A DNA stretch of 64,000 nucleotides from Antedon mediterranea (lineage: Eukaryota > Animalia > Echinodermata), in NCBI RefSeq assembly GCF_964355755.1, contig NC_092672.1, forward strand, positions 11,346,001 to 11,410,000, written 5' to 3'. How positions within the stretch are numbered: the stretch's first letter is position 1; the number at the start of each line of letters is the position of its first letter. A program made the position numbers and the translations under genes. Shown in pieces: positions 36,671 through 51,810 of the stretch. A model generated the notes under the pieces. It was not told where the DNA came from. It ran no database searches and was given only the letters and a program-made list of their open reading frames with translations.

Positions 36671-39600
36671 TGATTCTCAGGGGTCGTCCATCGTCAGGAG
36701 TTTCCAATATTGACGAGACAACTGGTCAGGATATTCACTAATAATACAATAATCACTAAAGTTGTTTTGAAACAAAACGATGCATGTATGAAACAAGAAA
36801 AGAAAAGAATATATTATGATTGACACTAAATCAGTGGGAAAAAAGAAGACAATTTGAATCTAGTTAAAAAAATGCATTTATTGTCAAATTGACACATTCT
36901 CATTTTATTCTAGGTGTTTTTGATCAAATACTGCTATTTTAATATCAAATGAACAGTAATTTTAAAAGCCTTTGTCACAAAACCGCGATCGTTATAACTC
37001 AAGACAAGCTAATAACCATCATAGAATAGATGTCAAGATTATAAATGACTTGTCTATAAAACAATTTCACCCAGCCTCTGTAGGTATAGTGTTATGCTGA
37101 TATTGTAGACATACAATTAGCCTTATAAAAGCAAATTATTACAATTTCAGGCAAGAGATGGTTTGTTTATTTTATCATATAGCCTACAGTATGATTCTTA
37201 TTTAAAGAAATAAGAACAATTTGTATAGGTTTTTTTCAAATTAAAGACCACCTGTGCCAATTTTGTTTTTTGTAAAATATGCCTTAAAATTTTACAATAT
37301 ATAATAACATTTTGTTAAAGCTAAGCTAGTGTAAGTAAACTCGTTGTTTTTTCTTTTTTGCAATTTGTTAGGTGAAGTTGTTAGGTGAAATAGCTAATTA
37401 GCCTATTACAGTATTACCATTTAATTATGATATTACATTTAATACTAAACTTTAAAGAAAATAGGATTATAAAATAATTTTTTCTGCTTTATTTTTTTTT
37501 CTAACTACAAATATAAATTTAATGTGTTTCCCATTTTTCAAAATTCTTTTATTTGAAAAAAGTCATTGTCTTATGATAAAATAAATTATAAACACATCAG
37601 TAATTCTAATTTTAAATAATGAGAAAAACATTGTTTATGGAGTTACTTGTCTATTCGATATGATTTAATAATTACACCTCAAATGGTTTTCTGATAGTTC
37701 TATAGAATATGAGGTCAACTTCACTGTTAATCTCATAAAAAAATTAGTTAAATTAATTGTTTTAACAATTATCCAATAACCATCTGTTTCTTTAAAAGAG
37801 TTTTTAACTATATACAGAGTTTGTGGACTAACTTATTATACAAGCTATGATACTCCCTACGTCTTTGTTTAGCCATGGATGGAAATGGGAAATTATTCCA
37901 TACAATATGGCCATTTAAATGTTTTCTTCTGTAATTAAATAGTGTCATAAAGTGAAGAAATTTACACTTGAAAAATCGCTTCCAAAGATTGATTCATTCG
38001 GAAATATTTAATTCAATCACGGCAATCAGACAACAATCTAAACATTAAAAAGTCGGTGCCGACAAACGTTTTCTTTCCGATTAACTTACAATAGAGGTAA
38101 TGACTTGAAAGTAAGTAAATCGTGTTGTTTGTTTAAGTGAATTGGATGAGGCGTGATTTGAAGTATTTAATAATAACAATTTACTTATGATTTGAATATT
38201 TAACATTGTAGCTTGTTTCATCTGAAAGTAAAGTATTAGTTTAAATAAATAATACTGTTATGTATTATATTTGTGTTTTCTACAAACTGTCTATAATCAT
38301 TTAGGCTTACACTAATATGTTGTATTGGCTAACAAGGCTAAAATAATAATTAAATTGTAATTTCAATGCAAAAAGATTAAAAATTCCATCACTAGGTTTT
38401 CTCATTTAATACTGTTTAGGCCTACTTATTTATATTAACAATATTTAAATTTATTATGTCTTAAAAAATAATTTTATTCCATTGGTATTATAGTCCTTAT
38501 AATTAAATAAATAGTAAAATTGTTGTGACAATTATTTATACTTCTTGTGGTAGATATGTTTCTAAATGTTGTCTTACTAACTGCATTTATCTGGCTGTAA
38601 ATAAGAAACCATTCTTGTTGGAGTAACAAAAATATGAATCAACAAATGACCAGAGATTTTGATAAAATGCAAAAAAATATATGCTGTCAAAAAAAAAAGT
38701 CTGTAAAAATGTATTTCTAAAGTGAAATATATATTATGATGTTATATAAAAAAAGATAATCTATATGTATTCTGCATAGTATAAATGTGGCAGATGCATT
38801 TTAAAAGATAATATTATTAGCACCATCACCATAAATATTACATAAAATCATGACAATTCACAAGCTCAATTTATTGTAACACATGTTGAATGAATTCCTT
38901 TAAATGACAGTTTACGTGAAAGATTCTTAAATGTATATACGATGACATATAATTACAAGTGCTATCAATACTGCATATAAAATGTAATGTGTAAATGATA
39001 GTCATGATTATTGTCTTTGATAACAATCGCAGGAATTTTTTTTCCAGCTTTTTAAAGTTAGAAATGAATTCTCTATATGCCTCCTGTGTATTTATTGAAT
39101 ACACAATTTGGATTGTTCACACTTTTTATTACAATATTTTCTGCTGGGGTGATTCAAGGATAGTGCAAAAGTGTCGAACATATATGTTTGGAAAAAAACT
39201 TCTTTTAAAAAAGAAAATTCCACCTGGATCTGTCTATATTCTTTGGACAGAAATGTTAACAACATACTTGCCCACTAATCCCAAAGTTCAGGGTTTAATT
39301 TATGGCTCTACCTCATTATAGCCTAGTAGTACCACAATTTCACTGCATGCCCAAATCAGTGGACACTACCACTGACTAAGTTATGAGGCTTATAAAACAG
39401 GTTTTAAATTCCCCATCTTATAATTGGCGAGTTATATCACACAGCCAATGGCTGTGTTGAAATACAAAAAAAAAACAGAAACAACTATCACATCATCCAT
39501 TTTCTTAAGCACACTGGGGAAAATATTAAGAAAATGGTTAAATAATAATTCTGCAGTCATTGATTTCACAGATTTAACAACATCATTCTTTTTTCGAAAT

Positions 39601-40058
39601 TGAATATATTACTATATTACAATTCTACTCATAAATTTTGTTGACACCACAACACTCTAAAGATTTACTTATCAAGGAATAGTGAATTGTACAGAAGTAA
39701 CATTATTTTTTAAAACAAGACAAATTTACTGTATGTTAAATAAAGATGTGATTAATAGAAGCCGTCAGCTGTGAAATGATGATACCAAGCGTTGTGACCG
39801 GTACTTGCCTTTTGTAGAATAGCATTTATTTACATCATTGGGCACAGGTCGTGTGAATTGTCCAATTATTTTCTGCCTTATTAACCGCAGACTTCTGAAA
39901 ATAGTACCTATAATGAGAAACGTAGACAGAAGAGAGATCGGATACATTATTGTTTGTTTGTTTTTGTTTTGTTCGTAACATTTATTTTCAGACTCTGACA
40001 CTAAAAATAATATAGTGATAAAAAAAAAGCAACGCAATTAAAAAATGATTGAGTCCAA

Positions 40059-40823
40059 GGGCCTGTTTCTGCTGAGCAGAAATAATCGATTATTAACCGT
40101 TTATTTTTTTAATCGATTATTTTTGGGCAGCAGAAACGGCGCAAAATAAAATAACCGATTAAAAACACTCAATCCATTGCGTGTTTTAATCGATTATTTC
40201 TTGTTTTAACCGATTATTGCGGAGCAGTTTTGAGCTGCACACAAATAGCGATTATTGACCTCACTTTGACCTCTAGAGTATGACAAACTTATTCACGTAG
40301 GATTCTGTGTTACAAGTACACCCGTTTGGCGTTACATACCACCAGTCCAGGCTAATGATGTTTTACATGTCATTTTTTAGGTCTGTTGTTTGTTGACTTG
40401 TTTCGGTAGAAATATATAGCCTATACTATAGGCCTAGCAGGCCGAAGGTTGAACCAACGAACGGCGAAACGAACTTTTTTCGCCGACGTGTCCTTATTAA
40501 TATAACATCATTATTCTGTTGTATGTGGTACGGTAGTAGGCCTAGATGTTTATTTTACAAATAATATAGCTTTACGTAAGTGTAATTTTTAATCCTACAT
40601 GTGAGAGTTTTAGGCAGCGATAGGATGTTAAAACAAACCAACTCTCATCGGCCTTTCATAACTTGAACTCCGCTGTGGGGGAATGATGACATGATTTTAA
40701 AAACCGATTACCTGAATAACCGATTAAAGTCGTAGAAATTTTCAATTGCAGCGCGATTATTTTTGTGGTTTGCGGTGACTGGAAAAAATTGATTATTTTG
40801 ATCTTTTCAGCAGAAACAGACCC
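40059..40823. mobile_element. Harbinger-like MITE (765 bp)
   Basis: TIR GGGCCTGTTTCTGCTG / CAGCAGAAACAGACCC, 3-bp TSD CAA and repeated AACCGATTA/ATCGATTA subterminal motifs. Confidence 0.9.
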
Positions 40824-41451
40824 CAAGAATGAAGGTAAATGCTTTGAAAGATAAAAAACAACATATTTTGATTGGTGAGCCTTATAAATAAAGGAAAAAT
40901 AAAGAAATTTAATAAATAAATAAATAAATAAAGAGTGTGATTAATATAATAAAGCTTTATAGTACTATTTAGTATAAGTTAATAAACAAAAAATAACCAA
41001 TGCGAGTCTTAATGTATACCTTTATTTGGTCTATTAAGATGAAAGTGCTTATATTTTTTACATCTGAACCCAGTTGTATCGTAGAGGAAAATATACAACT
41101 GATATTTGCCCTAGAAGGCATTAGTCATCCTAGAGGGCATTTAACTATCATATACACTAGTGTATCACCTTAAAACATTAATGCACTACATTTAAATGAT
41201 AAAACCTTGAATGAAAGCACAATTGAAATGTATCTGTACTCAATATAACACATTAACATCTTGTAATAGTCAATTTTATCTCAACAACAAGGCCAGAAAA
41301 ATAATTTGAAGACAAATTACAAGGGACAATGTGACCTCAATTAGGTCATTTTGATAGTATAGCAATAGGCCTATGGATTCTCATGATTAAATTATGTTGT
41401 TACCAAATGGAAATAACAAATATCTTATAATTTACTGATTATTTATATTAA

Positions 41452-42495
41452 CACTTTGACTGCCAAACACGAAGATCTTCGTTTTTGGAAACACAACGCT
41501 TGACTGCCAAAAACGAAGATCTTCGTTTTTCGCGTTTTTTTACGAAATCCGGTAGATAGGTTAATTATTGGTATATACTATAAATATGAACACTATATTC
41601 GGTCTGGACCGTCAATATTTTACAATTTGAAAGTAACTAATCTGGTTACGAACGACTGTCAAAATGGTACCTGTCGAAATAACAAACACCGCGCATCACA
41701 GTAGCGCGTAGAGCGATGGCTTGGCGCATTGTGTATCGGTCGCGCGCTAGCTATGCCGCCGAAGCATTACAAAGGTTTTTGTGGATTGACATGTTTGTTT
41801 GTTATCTGAATAAAAAATAATGGAGTCATTTTCAATATGAAGTCTTTAATTTTATTATTGTATGTATACCCTAATTGTTTTGGTGTTTTACTGAAAGTGA
41901 CCGAGTTTCACGCAACAAACTTGTTTTGAAATAGTATGGTTATTATCATCAGTTTACTATCTCCTAGGCCTAGGCTAGTAGTACTAGGCTAGCCTAGTCC
42001 TAAAACGGTTCCGGACCAACTTTAGGCCTGGTTAACTAAGCCTGGTGTCTTTACTATGTGGATTTTGGCGAAACATTGATGTAAGATTTATGATTTATAA
42101 AATGTAATACATTTTTCGATAGTGATAACTTGTTTTTATAGGCCTATCGGTGCCGTGTAAGTAACTTTTTCGTTGTTTGTTGATCTCACCGGGCGATATT
42201 TTCATATTGTGATGTCTTGCACAAAATCGCAATTATCTCGACTTTCTTGCGCGAAACTACGAAAAATTCAAAAAGTGGGTTACTTTCATTTTACTATTAC
42301 GATTTACATATTGCGATTTAAAAATCGTTCTTGGTACCATTATAAAGCTAAAATCTTTATGATTATTTTAGTCTAAATTACATATAAATCAGATCACATA
42401 CATGGTTTCAATCAACTTTAATAAAAACATCGAATTGGGCTAAAAACGCTGGCGGTGGCAGTTTCTAACTGGAAAAACCTCTGGCAGTCAAAGTG
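41452..42495. mobile_element. piggyBac-like MITE, copy 2 (1044 bp)
   Basis: TTAA TSD (41448-41451, 42496-42499) and TIR CACTTTGACTGCCA; colinear with copy 1. Confidence 0.92.
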
Positions 42496-44349
42496 TTAAT
42501 GGTATTCAGTTTAAAAATAAAAAATAAATAGTATACTATTGAATCAACCATCAGATAATATATTCAAATGTAAATAAACAATGAATACACTTTTTTTTTC
42601 TGCCCAACGTAAAATCAAATTATAGCAACAGGTACTCAAGTGTGTATTATAGTATTTTTTTAATGAAAAATTCTCTGGCAAAATTTGAATTTACAGCCTT
42701 AGGCTTACAGGGTATCATACTGATTGAATACATATTTCTTTGGTATTAGTGATTTTTAACCCACAAACCTTTCATAAAACAAGCAGCGCCTCACAATCGA
42801 TGGAGGTTAAAGACAAACCTTGATATTACATAATTCCAATCATTTAATTTTACCTACAAAAATAAAGCAGCCTCCCCAATCAATTTACCACTATCGTAAA
42901 CCAATATTGAATCTTAGACAAAAATTGAACGGTAGCTTAGCGGATCATGTGAAGAGGGTTGAGCTAAAATCACAAGGTAGGCCAATTGCCTTACGATTGC
43001 AGGGTCCGTAATCATAGCTACTTAAAGTGTGAGTGGTCTGCTGATTATATCCAAAGCCATATGGCATAATACTGCGCGGTGCCTGTGATCTCCTAATACG
43101 GACGTTATCCATTGGTTTAAAGGATGCCTATTGCCTCTTAGGAGAGGAAATATGTGATTACCATATCGTATCTTGTTTTTATAACATTATTTAAGTACTA
43201 TAAAGTGTATTGATAATCCAGACATAATTATCAGGTAATTTTCAGAAGAATTGTTTAAAAATCCGATGTGGTAATAAATAAACAATATGAAACAATATGA
43301 CATTTTTTTTTTAATTGAAAAAATACTATAGATTTTCATAAATTAGCAATATTTTAAAAACAATTCTAAAAAAAATTATTTAAAAGCAATATGCAAAATA
43401 ATTTTCTCTTAACTTGATTATTACTCTTAATATAATTCTTAATTATTTAGGTATTAATTTCAATTAAAGCAAAATATTTGACAGGAAGTATCATTGATCT
43501 TGAATGATCTTCAGTGATTCCCTGAAAACTGCAACACCATACAAATTTAATTACTGGGTGTTGCTTATTGCGCCAAGAATGAATCCATGCAATTAAATTA
43601 TTTCATTGTGATTATACTGTATGGTTTTAAACGACTTTATTTCTTGAAGATCAATCATCAGTTAATCCCGGCGAGTTGTCGCTCCCTCATTGTTATTATT
43701 TCTTATCACAGGGTTTATCTAATTAGATTTAATAACAGTTGGATATTAGACATGGCAGAATCTTTATTGATTTTATTCAAGGATGTTTTGCTTATGGCAT
43801 TCTTGCGATGAAATTCATGTTAACATGGCCCTCCTTGTGACAAACCCAGCTACCCCTGAAGATATGTGCCTAAATCCACCCAAAAGTTAAGAATAGGTTA
43901 TTTGATCTTGATTAAAATGTTACAACTAAGTTGGCGCTTAATTAACCACAGTTGATTCTATTGCTTGACTTAGATTGACGATTGACGGTTCTGTAGTTCA
44001 GTAAACTAGCTATTTACTTCAGACATTTTTATGTCCAGGCACCAGTACAGTATGTTGATTATTTCCAAAATGGTGTCAAAGTTTTGGGTTAGAATATCTG
44101 AATGGTCTATTTCATGCCTAGCTTACCTGGACAAACTGACATTAGCCCTTTCCTGACAAAGTGGAGGACAAACATGTGCGTATGTGCATATATGCGTTAA
44201 TAACCCTAGCAGGAGAAGGTAGACTTAATTATGCTAATCCAGTGATGCATTAGTGATTTTAAACTTAACCTTAGATAGGCGTTGGCGTTTCCATACGTGT
44301 TTGATAAAAAAAAAAATGTTTCAGCGCTTAGAGGTTTCACAAAATTAGG

Positions 44350-44491
44350 CGCTATCAAAATCTGCTTAGATCTAATGATCAGAGAGTTTAAATGCAATAA
44401 ATTGGAATGTTGATCGTTGTGTCTGAATACCTTGACTTTTAACAAACGCCACGGATTACCGTACGCCTAGCCTGTGAGTCTGAACATACCC
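44350..44491 (-). mobile_element. Partial inverted copy of the 25478-27181 Harbinger-like MITE
   Basis: Ends TGAGTCTGAACATACCC-TAA and contains the inverse of GGCGTACGGTAATCCGTGGCGTT...AA(G)CAAGG. Confidence 0.75.
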
Positions 44492-46679
44492 TAAGTCTAC
44501 AATATAGAAATACGTTAAAGAAGTCATTGTGACATTTTCTACAGTAAATTAAGGTACAGTTCATAATAATAATTGTTTTGGTAAACTTGTAATGGATTAT
44601 TATTCTTAAACTCAGTTGTTTTTTTTGTGTCATTTTTTAGACCATTAAAAGCAAACAATGCAAGATTTAAATTAAATTAAATACAGGAAACATAATTGAA
44701 ATAATTGAAAAACTTAGGTAGATTTTTAGTATTACTAAATCTACTAATTCTTTTAATATTAATTGCTTAAAAAAAAAACCTGAAATATACAAGAAATTGT
44801 ACTTTTTGTCACTTATTTTATTAGTTTGTTAATTTATCTCTCAGATGAGTACCACAATTTAAAAATGTTATGTTCAAAACAATTTTGTTCATTATTAGAG
44901 TATTTTGTTTACAGAAGTCAATAATTGTTATTTGGCCAGTATGTTTTAAAAATTAGGTCTTTAAGTATAAAAAAATAGAAATAATAAATTACATAAAAAC
45001 ATCAGTAGTAACAAGATAGATTCTTTGAAGTATCAGTGAGATTCATCATTCACTTGACTATTTAAGTGTAGATGACATCAAAATGAAAATTTTATGCCGA
45101 AAATAAAAACATATATTCATTGCAAATTCCCTTCCATTTGAATGTCACTTACAATAAATGGTTGTTGAATAGGATGAAAATTAACTGCAGAAACCGCTCT
45201 CGCATACGAATCATGATGACGAATTCTTATCAGTTGCCTGCAACATCCTATCGCAGTGTAACACTAACGCAAAACGTGTTCGCTATGCGATTCCACCTGA
45301 AATTTATATGTTCAGCTGTTTTAGGTGCATTTGGATCAGATAGAGTTACGCATTTGAATTCTCTTTGGTCATAGGTTGAATGTTTTGTCATATCCCTGCT
45401 GAGCTTTGTCTTTCAGGCTAAGCTGTCAGAAATGATCTGATTCAATGTTGTTTTGGAACATTAATTTGATATTATCTGTATGGCTCTAATCCATTCTTTG
45501 ACCTGATGTGCAATAATCAAAAGAAACAACAAGAATACATACGGTACTGGTTAAAACAACGTTTTAAAAGAAATGAACAAAAGGTTGATTTTAAGACAAA
45601 TTATTCAAATTTTTCTTCTGCATCTTCATGAAATATTTTTATCATGAAATAATTTTGATATACATAACCCTTGGTTAGTCATTAGATATTTACAACAGAA
45701 AAACAAAATATTTAATTTTTAGGTGCAAGTATATTTTCACAGATATAGATATAGAATCCACCCAAAAATTTAAAAGTTTCAGAAAGTTAAGTCTATTTTT
45801 GTAATAAAATACACTGTCTACATAGGTCTAGAAAGACTCTAAAAATGACACAAAAATATTAATGCCTGACTTGATGAAATGAAATGGTGTGAAAGTTGGG
45901 CTGTGCTTCCTGACTATTATTAGTACATACCATTATATGTCATGGTGATCAAAATACATTATAAATACAATGTTTATCTGCTACTGTATTGTCCATTTTG
46001 TGACTAGTTTACCTGGATAAACCGACAATAGCCAATGCGCTCTCAGTGGGAGAGCTATGATACAAAAAGATAATGTTCCTTGAACACCCTCTACAATAAT
46101 TACAACACCCTGCCACCTCCATCATCATTTTATAAATTAGAATAGTTGGAGATTGTAACATGTTATAGGCTTCAAAGAGTATTGATAAACAAAATATATA
46201 ATTAATAGTTTCCTCTACAATTGTTAAATTATGTATTGATTTTAGATAACATACTGATAAATGATGAAATATTGAACCTAAATATTTTGGCATGCTTCTG
46301 AATCCTTGTACAATAATACTGTAACTTTCCAATACTTGTAAACATATTACTGACAGTTTAAAGTATTGTGAATGCAAATAAGCTGAGTGCCACATACAAT
46401 TACCAGTGTTAGCTCATGGCAAAATAATAAAAGTTTTCACTAAAAGCATTAGATATCTTGTTTTCTTAAGGATGCAATATATCGGCATGAGCTTTCAGTC
46501 AGAAGAGAATTTTATCTGTATTTATGCAAGGATAGGCAGGTGAATACAAAAAAAGCAATATTTTGACTGTTATGTTTATTGGTCTTGCACTAGGAATTAA
46601 GCCTAATTTTGACATTCTGTATTCCATGGATGTGCACATCTTAGGGTGGTGGAAAACAAGTTTAAACATTTTGAGTGAG

Positions 46680-46835
46680 TTAGTTTGTGGTCAAGCAGTT
46701 CAAGCTTCACTTGCTCCATGGTCCTGGTGGTAGCATGAGTCTTCTTGCATACGGACTATAAACCGTAGGTCCAGTGTACACATCTGGTTTATGTGTATTT
46801 TAAAGAACATAGTACATCTTTTGAGACAAGTAGTG
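46680..46835 (+). mobile_element. SINE core fragment (Nin/Deu-domain-like)
   Basis: GGACTATAAACCGTAGGTCC...TAAAGAAC resembles the conserved Nin/Deu SINE core as I recall it; needs a Dfam/Repbase check. Confidence 0.45.
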
Positions 46836-48282
46836 TAGTGAGTACACACAACTACTGCTGATTGCCGTTGGTTCGTAGAGGTCTAATCTGAATTCCCAAA
46901 TTTTCCAGTAAAGTCTATAAGTACAATAAGCTTTACCTTTAAATTGAAAAATTAGTTCATTTTTTAAACAATCATGTATTGTTGAAACAATATGATTGGT
47001 CAGTTCCATCAGCTCCAAAGTTGTATTCGCTTCCCAACTATGACTCTGCTTTCTGATTTGATTAATACATTCTTGTTTACTCCACCCATCTGTGCACCAA
47101 TTTCAATAAGACTATTTCAGAAGTACACACATTTATGTTGTACTGTAATTTGATTATCTGAGTATAAATCTTTTCATATGACATACTGCTGAATATATAC
47201 TGTTGTCGTCAATTCCATTTACTAATTGATTTAGGTGTTAAAGTTGAGGAACGTTAATTTTCACATTTTATTTGCTTTGTTTCGTTCCACTACTATACTA
47301 ACTATAAGTTAAGATACTAATTTACCGGGTCAGCAATCTTACTTGTTTATTTCACACTTTCATTCTGTTTTATACAAAAAAAAGCACTTTTGAACCTGTA
47401 AAAATGAAGAAAAAAAAAATGCAATTATGTATAAGATAAAGAAAGACACTAATAAATTCATTTTTCTTTTCCCTAACCACAACAAAAGTTACAGACCAAT
47501 ATAAATAGTTAACATACACAAGAAAAACCTAGGGTGTCTCATATTTCCTTGGAGACCTTCTAATTAAACAGACAGTTCAAAAGGTGACATTTGTAAACAG
47601 CATTATATATTATTAATTTGTATTTTGGTTTGTTTTTCAGCTTTAGTCAAAAGCATCTCCTTTTCTACTTCCCTTTTTGTGGGTTCCCATTTGTTAGACA
47701 AGACACAATTAGTTAACCTATTGGGAATTCCCTTTGGTGCAATACCACTGTACTGTATTCTCTTCGTATCCTCTGTTGGTTTTCCTATTTTAATCAATTT
47801 AAATGGCTAACCAAAACTGTGCCAGAGGTTATGTACATACAAAATATTTGGGTGAAAACAATTCTTATGGTTATAATATATTTATAGTTATCATGTTGGG
47901 GTGAAAATAGCAATTGCAGCAAGGTTATGTAAATTGTAGGCGTACAGTACAGTATGTATTTAGACCTTAGGGTAGGCGAATAAACTCATAATGAGTTTAC
48001 TGGTTTTCTAGGTCTGTCTCCTCACCTTTTCTTTTATTATTTATCAAAACAAATGTGGTATATTAATAATGAGAAATGAAAAGATACTGTATGTATTTGT
48101 ATGTTTCCAAGTGTGCAACTAACTATTCTGTATTCATTGTGTTTTCAAATGTTATTTATAACCCTAGGTACCTTTATTATATTGCAATAAATCAAAATAA
48201 ACTAGTTATTTTGATCTAATCATACTACACTGAGGCTGTTAAAGAGTCGTTTACCATACCATAAAAGTTTATTGCTGATTAT

Positions 48283-48468
48283 CAGGCCCGTAGCCAGAGG
48301 GGTTTTTATGGTTTGGGCGAACACTCTTTACAGCGAACCCCCCCTTAACCGACTGCGAACCCCCCTTCCCAACATGCCTAATACGCTCACATCATCTATG
48401 AAAATCCTCCAGTAACTCAAATATTTAGTGTCCGAACCCCTTCTTGACAGATCCTGGCTACAGCCTTG
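48283..48468. mobile_element. Short hAT-like MITE (CAGGCCCGTAGCCAG TIR)
   Basis: CAGGCCCGTAGCCAG ... CTGGCTACAGCCTTG; flanks ATTAT / GTTAT; repeated CGAACCCC motif (inverse of the motif in 20326-20745). Confidence 0.7.
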
Positions 48469-49927
48469 GTTATCAAAGAATGATAGAAATGATAGAGTCT
48501 ACCTCCTTCATCTACTAATACATGATGAGAGGAAGAAAATAAAATATGTTTACAAAATGAAATACTGAATACTAAAAAATATTGTTTCCAGACCTATTAG
48601 TATTATTACCTTTATCAGAGATTTAAACAAAAAATAAAATCAACATCTGATGTTTTCTGTGAATGACTAATTTAATATCAATATTATCTTTTTTAGTAAT
48701 TAACGAACTTGAATTTAGCCTATATAACTTAGTAACATATATGATCATTACAGTAGATGTACGTATTTTTTCCGATACCTGGACCAGATGGTTTGGAAAT
48801 TAATAGGTAAACAATTAATACTAATAAAACAATACATCAACTACTAATCATGAATAGACCTACATTTCAAAACAATACATCTTTAGTTCTATGTTAAAAG
48901 GAACTAGTTCTTATTCTGTAGGAAATTTCAACATATTATTCAGAAAGTATACTAGGACATAAGATGAATGGATGAAAAGTATGACTTAGCTGGACCTTTT
49001 AGAAATGTAACTGAAATAAATAATTACGAGTCAAATTACAACAGAAAATTGTTGTAGGAATGATAAATTTTACTTGTTATACTTTTGACTAGTAAATGCT
49101 AATATGGTTAAAATATTTCATATAGTTTGATTGATGTACTCAAACACAATATTAATCTCTGTATGAAACACATCTAATGAGAATATTAATGTAAGACTAC
49201 AGAAGAGCTAAAATGATACAGTAATAGTAATATTGAATTTAGTTAGTACTAAACTTTATTTAAACTTTCCAAAACACACAATTAACATTTATTTAAAAAT
49301 AATTGTAATTGAAAGAAAAACAAGTGCAAGTCAATGTGTTTCTGGATAAATTTATTGTTTTTTTCTTTTTAAGTGAAATCATAGTGTTGTTAATTTTTTT
49401 AGCCAAAAGTGAACAACTTTATTAAAACTACAATGAAATGCTTTGTTTGATTTGATTTCGTTTTTCTTTTCTTTTTTTGCATATTTTGGGAGACTACATT
49501 TGTAAGAAACCAACTTGGAATATTTGTAGTAAAAAAGAAATAGAAGAACTGTCAGTCATCTTAAAAACATTAGTTGCGAAACAATATCCACTTAAAATGA
49601 CTATGACTTTTAAATGACTCATTGTAAGCACTGAAGAATCGTACGCTTATTATTGATGATGTTAAAATGAAGTATCTTCTTTCTAATTTGCTCTAAATTG
49701 ACCACTTTTCTTGCCAGATTTAGATAATTACAACTAAATAAGTCCTGCTTTCCACAATTTCTGATGAATTTGAAGACATTTCTCAGATAAATTACTCAGC
49801 TGTTTTTCCCCTTATAATTGCATTGCATTCAATACAAACTGCACTGAATATATTATACCGTTGATAGCATTAGTTTTTTTTTTAAAATGACACATTGAAG
49901 TAAATAGTACTCACTATTTTTTTTAAA

Positions 49928-50600
49928 GAGCCTGTTTCTATGAAGCAGAAAATACGGTTTTGAATACCGTTCTTTTCAAGAACGGTTTTTTCTTGCCAGC
50001 AGAAATGGGTCTCCAAAAAAAACCCTAATTAATTCCGGTCTCGATCGCAAAGGAACCGTTCTGAAACCGGTTTCTGTGGAGAAATTTTTAGCTGCAACAC
50101 AATCGCGGTCTCAATTTGACCCCAAAAATTGAACTCTGCTGCACTGGGACGATTGTGGTTAACTCGCAGTCAAAACCCGCGCGATAGGACCTAGCTTAGT
50201 CATTTTTATTTCTGTAGATAGTGAATATTTTATTTAACTAAAAAATGTGGACCGGTGCCATTACGAGGTTCGTAATAAATATGTATGGGGAAGAAAGATG
50301 AGTGGGGGCTAGCCGGGAGCCGGAAGAAAGACTCGCATGCTTATAAATTAAAAATATTGTAAAGCGTGTGAAAGCTAGACGAGTTCAACTTGACAATATC
50401 GAAGGGTGTGACGTACCTATACTTTAACCAAGGACCACAATAGCGTTTCAGGCAATAATGACATGATTACCTGCCCCTTCTATGACGAAATGGATGAAAT
50501 TCTTGGGGATCGCGCTATGCGAAAAAAAGTAAACATGACATTGATCCAATCGCGCTTCCGCCTAACGAATTGCATTGTGGTATATAATAACGTCATTCAT
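49928..50600 (+). mobile_element. Harbinger-like element with decayed Myb/SANT-like ORF (copy 2, left end intact)
   Basis: Left TIR GAGCCTGTTTCTATG. About 50245-50517 reads, with frameshifts, MWTGAITRFVINM...YTLTKDHNSVSGNNDMITCPFYDEMDEILGDRA. Confidence 0.82.
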
Positions 50601-51069
50601 AATTAATAATGTATTAACAATTAATCTTAAAATGTATATTATTTATGTTACCTTATAATGGCTATGGATAAAATGTTCAAAATGAAAAAGTAAATTTAAC
50701 ATCAATGATTTATTACAAACAATTATAAACAACAGATGAGTAAGAATAAAATGCATGAAAAATGCTATATATATATTATGCAGTTGAAAATGAACTAGTT
50801 CTGTTTAACGGAGATGCATTTTTTCATACACGTTTAGTTCTAGATTATTGGCTCTTGTAAAATGCTCTCTGCCATCAGCAGAAATTTGTAGAACTCTAAC
50901 AAATGAAACTGATTCTGTCATGATAAATTTAAAAAAAGCTTTTGAATGACTTGATTTTGTTTCTAATAAAATAATATAAATATTGCAAATGCAAAAAGAC
51001 AGTTATTGTGTCATTGTTATTGTGGTGCAGATCAGAAGAAAATCTAGATAATTTGGATGGTGTCCTTAA

Positions 51070-51810
51070 AGCCTGTTTTCCTGTCGACGTTATTCGACGC
51101 TATCGTTAACAATAATCGGCGATTTTCTACGTAAACATTGAAATTTTAATGATTTACAGGAAAAAGTACTTTTTTAACTAAGGAGGAAGATACAAAACGT
51201 CAGCGATTTACAGGAAAAGGTGTAATATTCGACGGTAATCGACGCTACAATTCGCAATGAGTTGAATCCAGTTCAACTCTAGCGATATCGCAACGCTAAA
51301 ACGTAAGAACTGACCAATCATCTTGGCGATACAGCATATGACGTCACGTAATTGATGGAAAATTCTGCTGACTACATTTATTTTTGTTGCATCGCGGCGC
51401 GGTCAAAGCTAGGCCTAGCCTTGCCAAAGTGGCTATAAAATGAAGTTCCGGAAAGTAGGTGTGGGGATATTAGGTAGGTCTAAGTATTCTGCCTAGTCCA
51501 AAATGCTATTTGGGCTAGGATAGGCCTACTGAGAACGAAGAACCATCACTATAGAGATATTAGTATGCCTAGGCCCACGTCTCCTACACTGTGAGCCTAC
51601 TGCTAGAGGCAGGGGAGTCCTCTATTCAGTTTTGCGCGTTACGACGACGTCGAGAAAGAAGACAGGAGTTTCAACTCTAACGTTCAAGGCTAGAAATCAA
51701 ATGTTCGCGCTATCGTTAACATTTCAACTTGATAGTTTTCAAACGATCGTCGTTGAACTTTTAACGATTAACGATGATAGCGTTGACTAACGTCGACAGG
51801 AAAACAGGCT
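51070..51810. mobile_element. Harbinger-like MITE (~740 bp)
   Basis: Perfect TIR AGCCTGTTTTCCTGTCGACGTTA / TAACGTCGACAGGAAAACAGGCT flanked by TAA and TTA. Confidence 0.85.
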
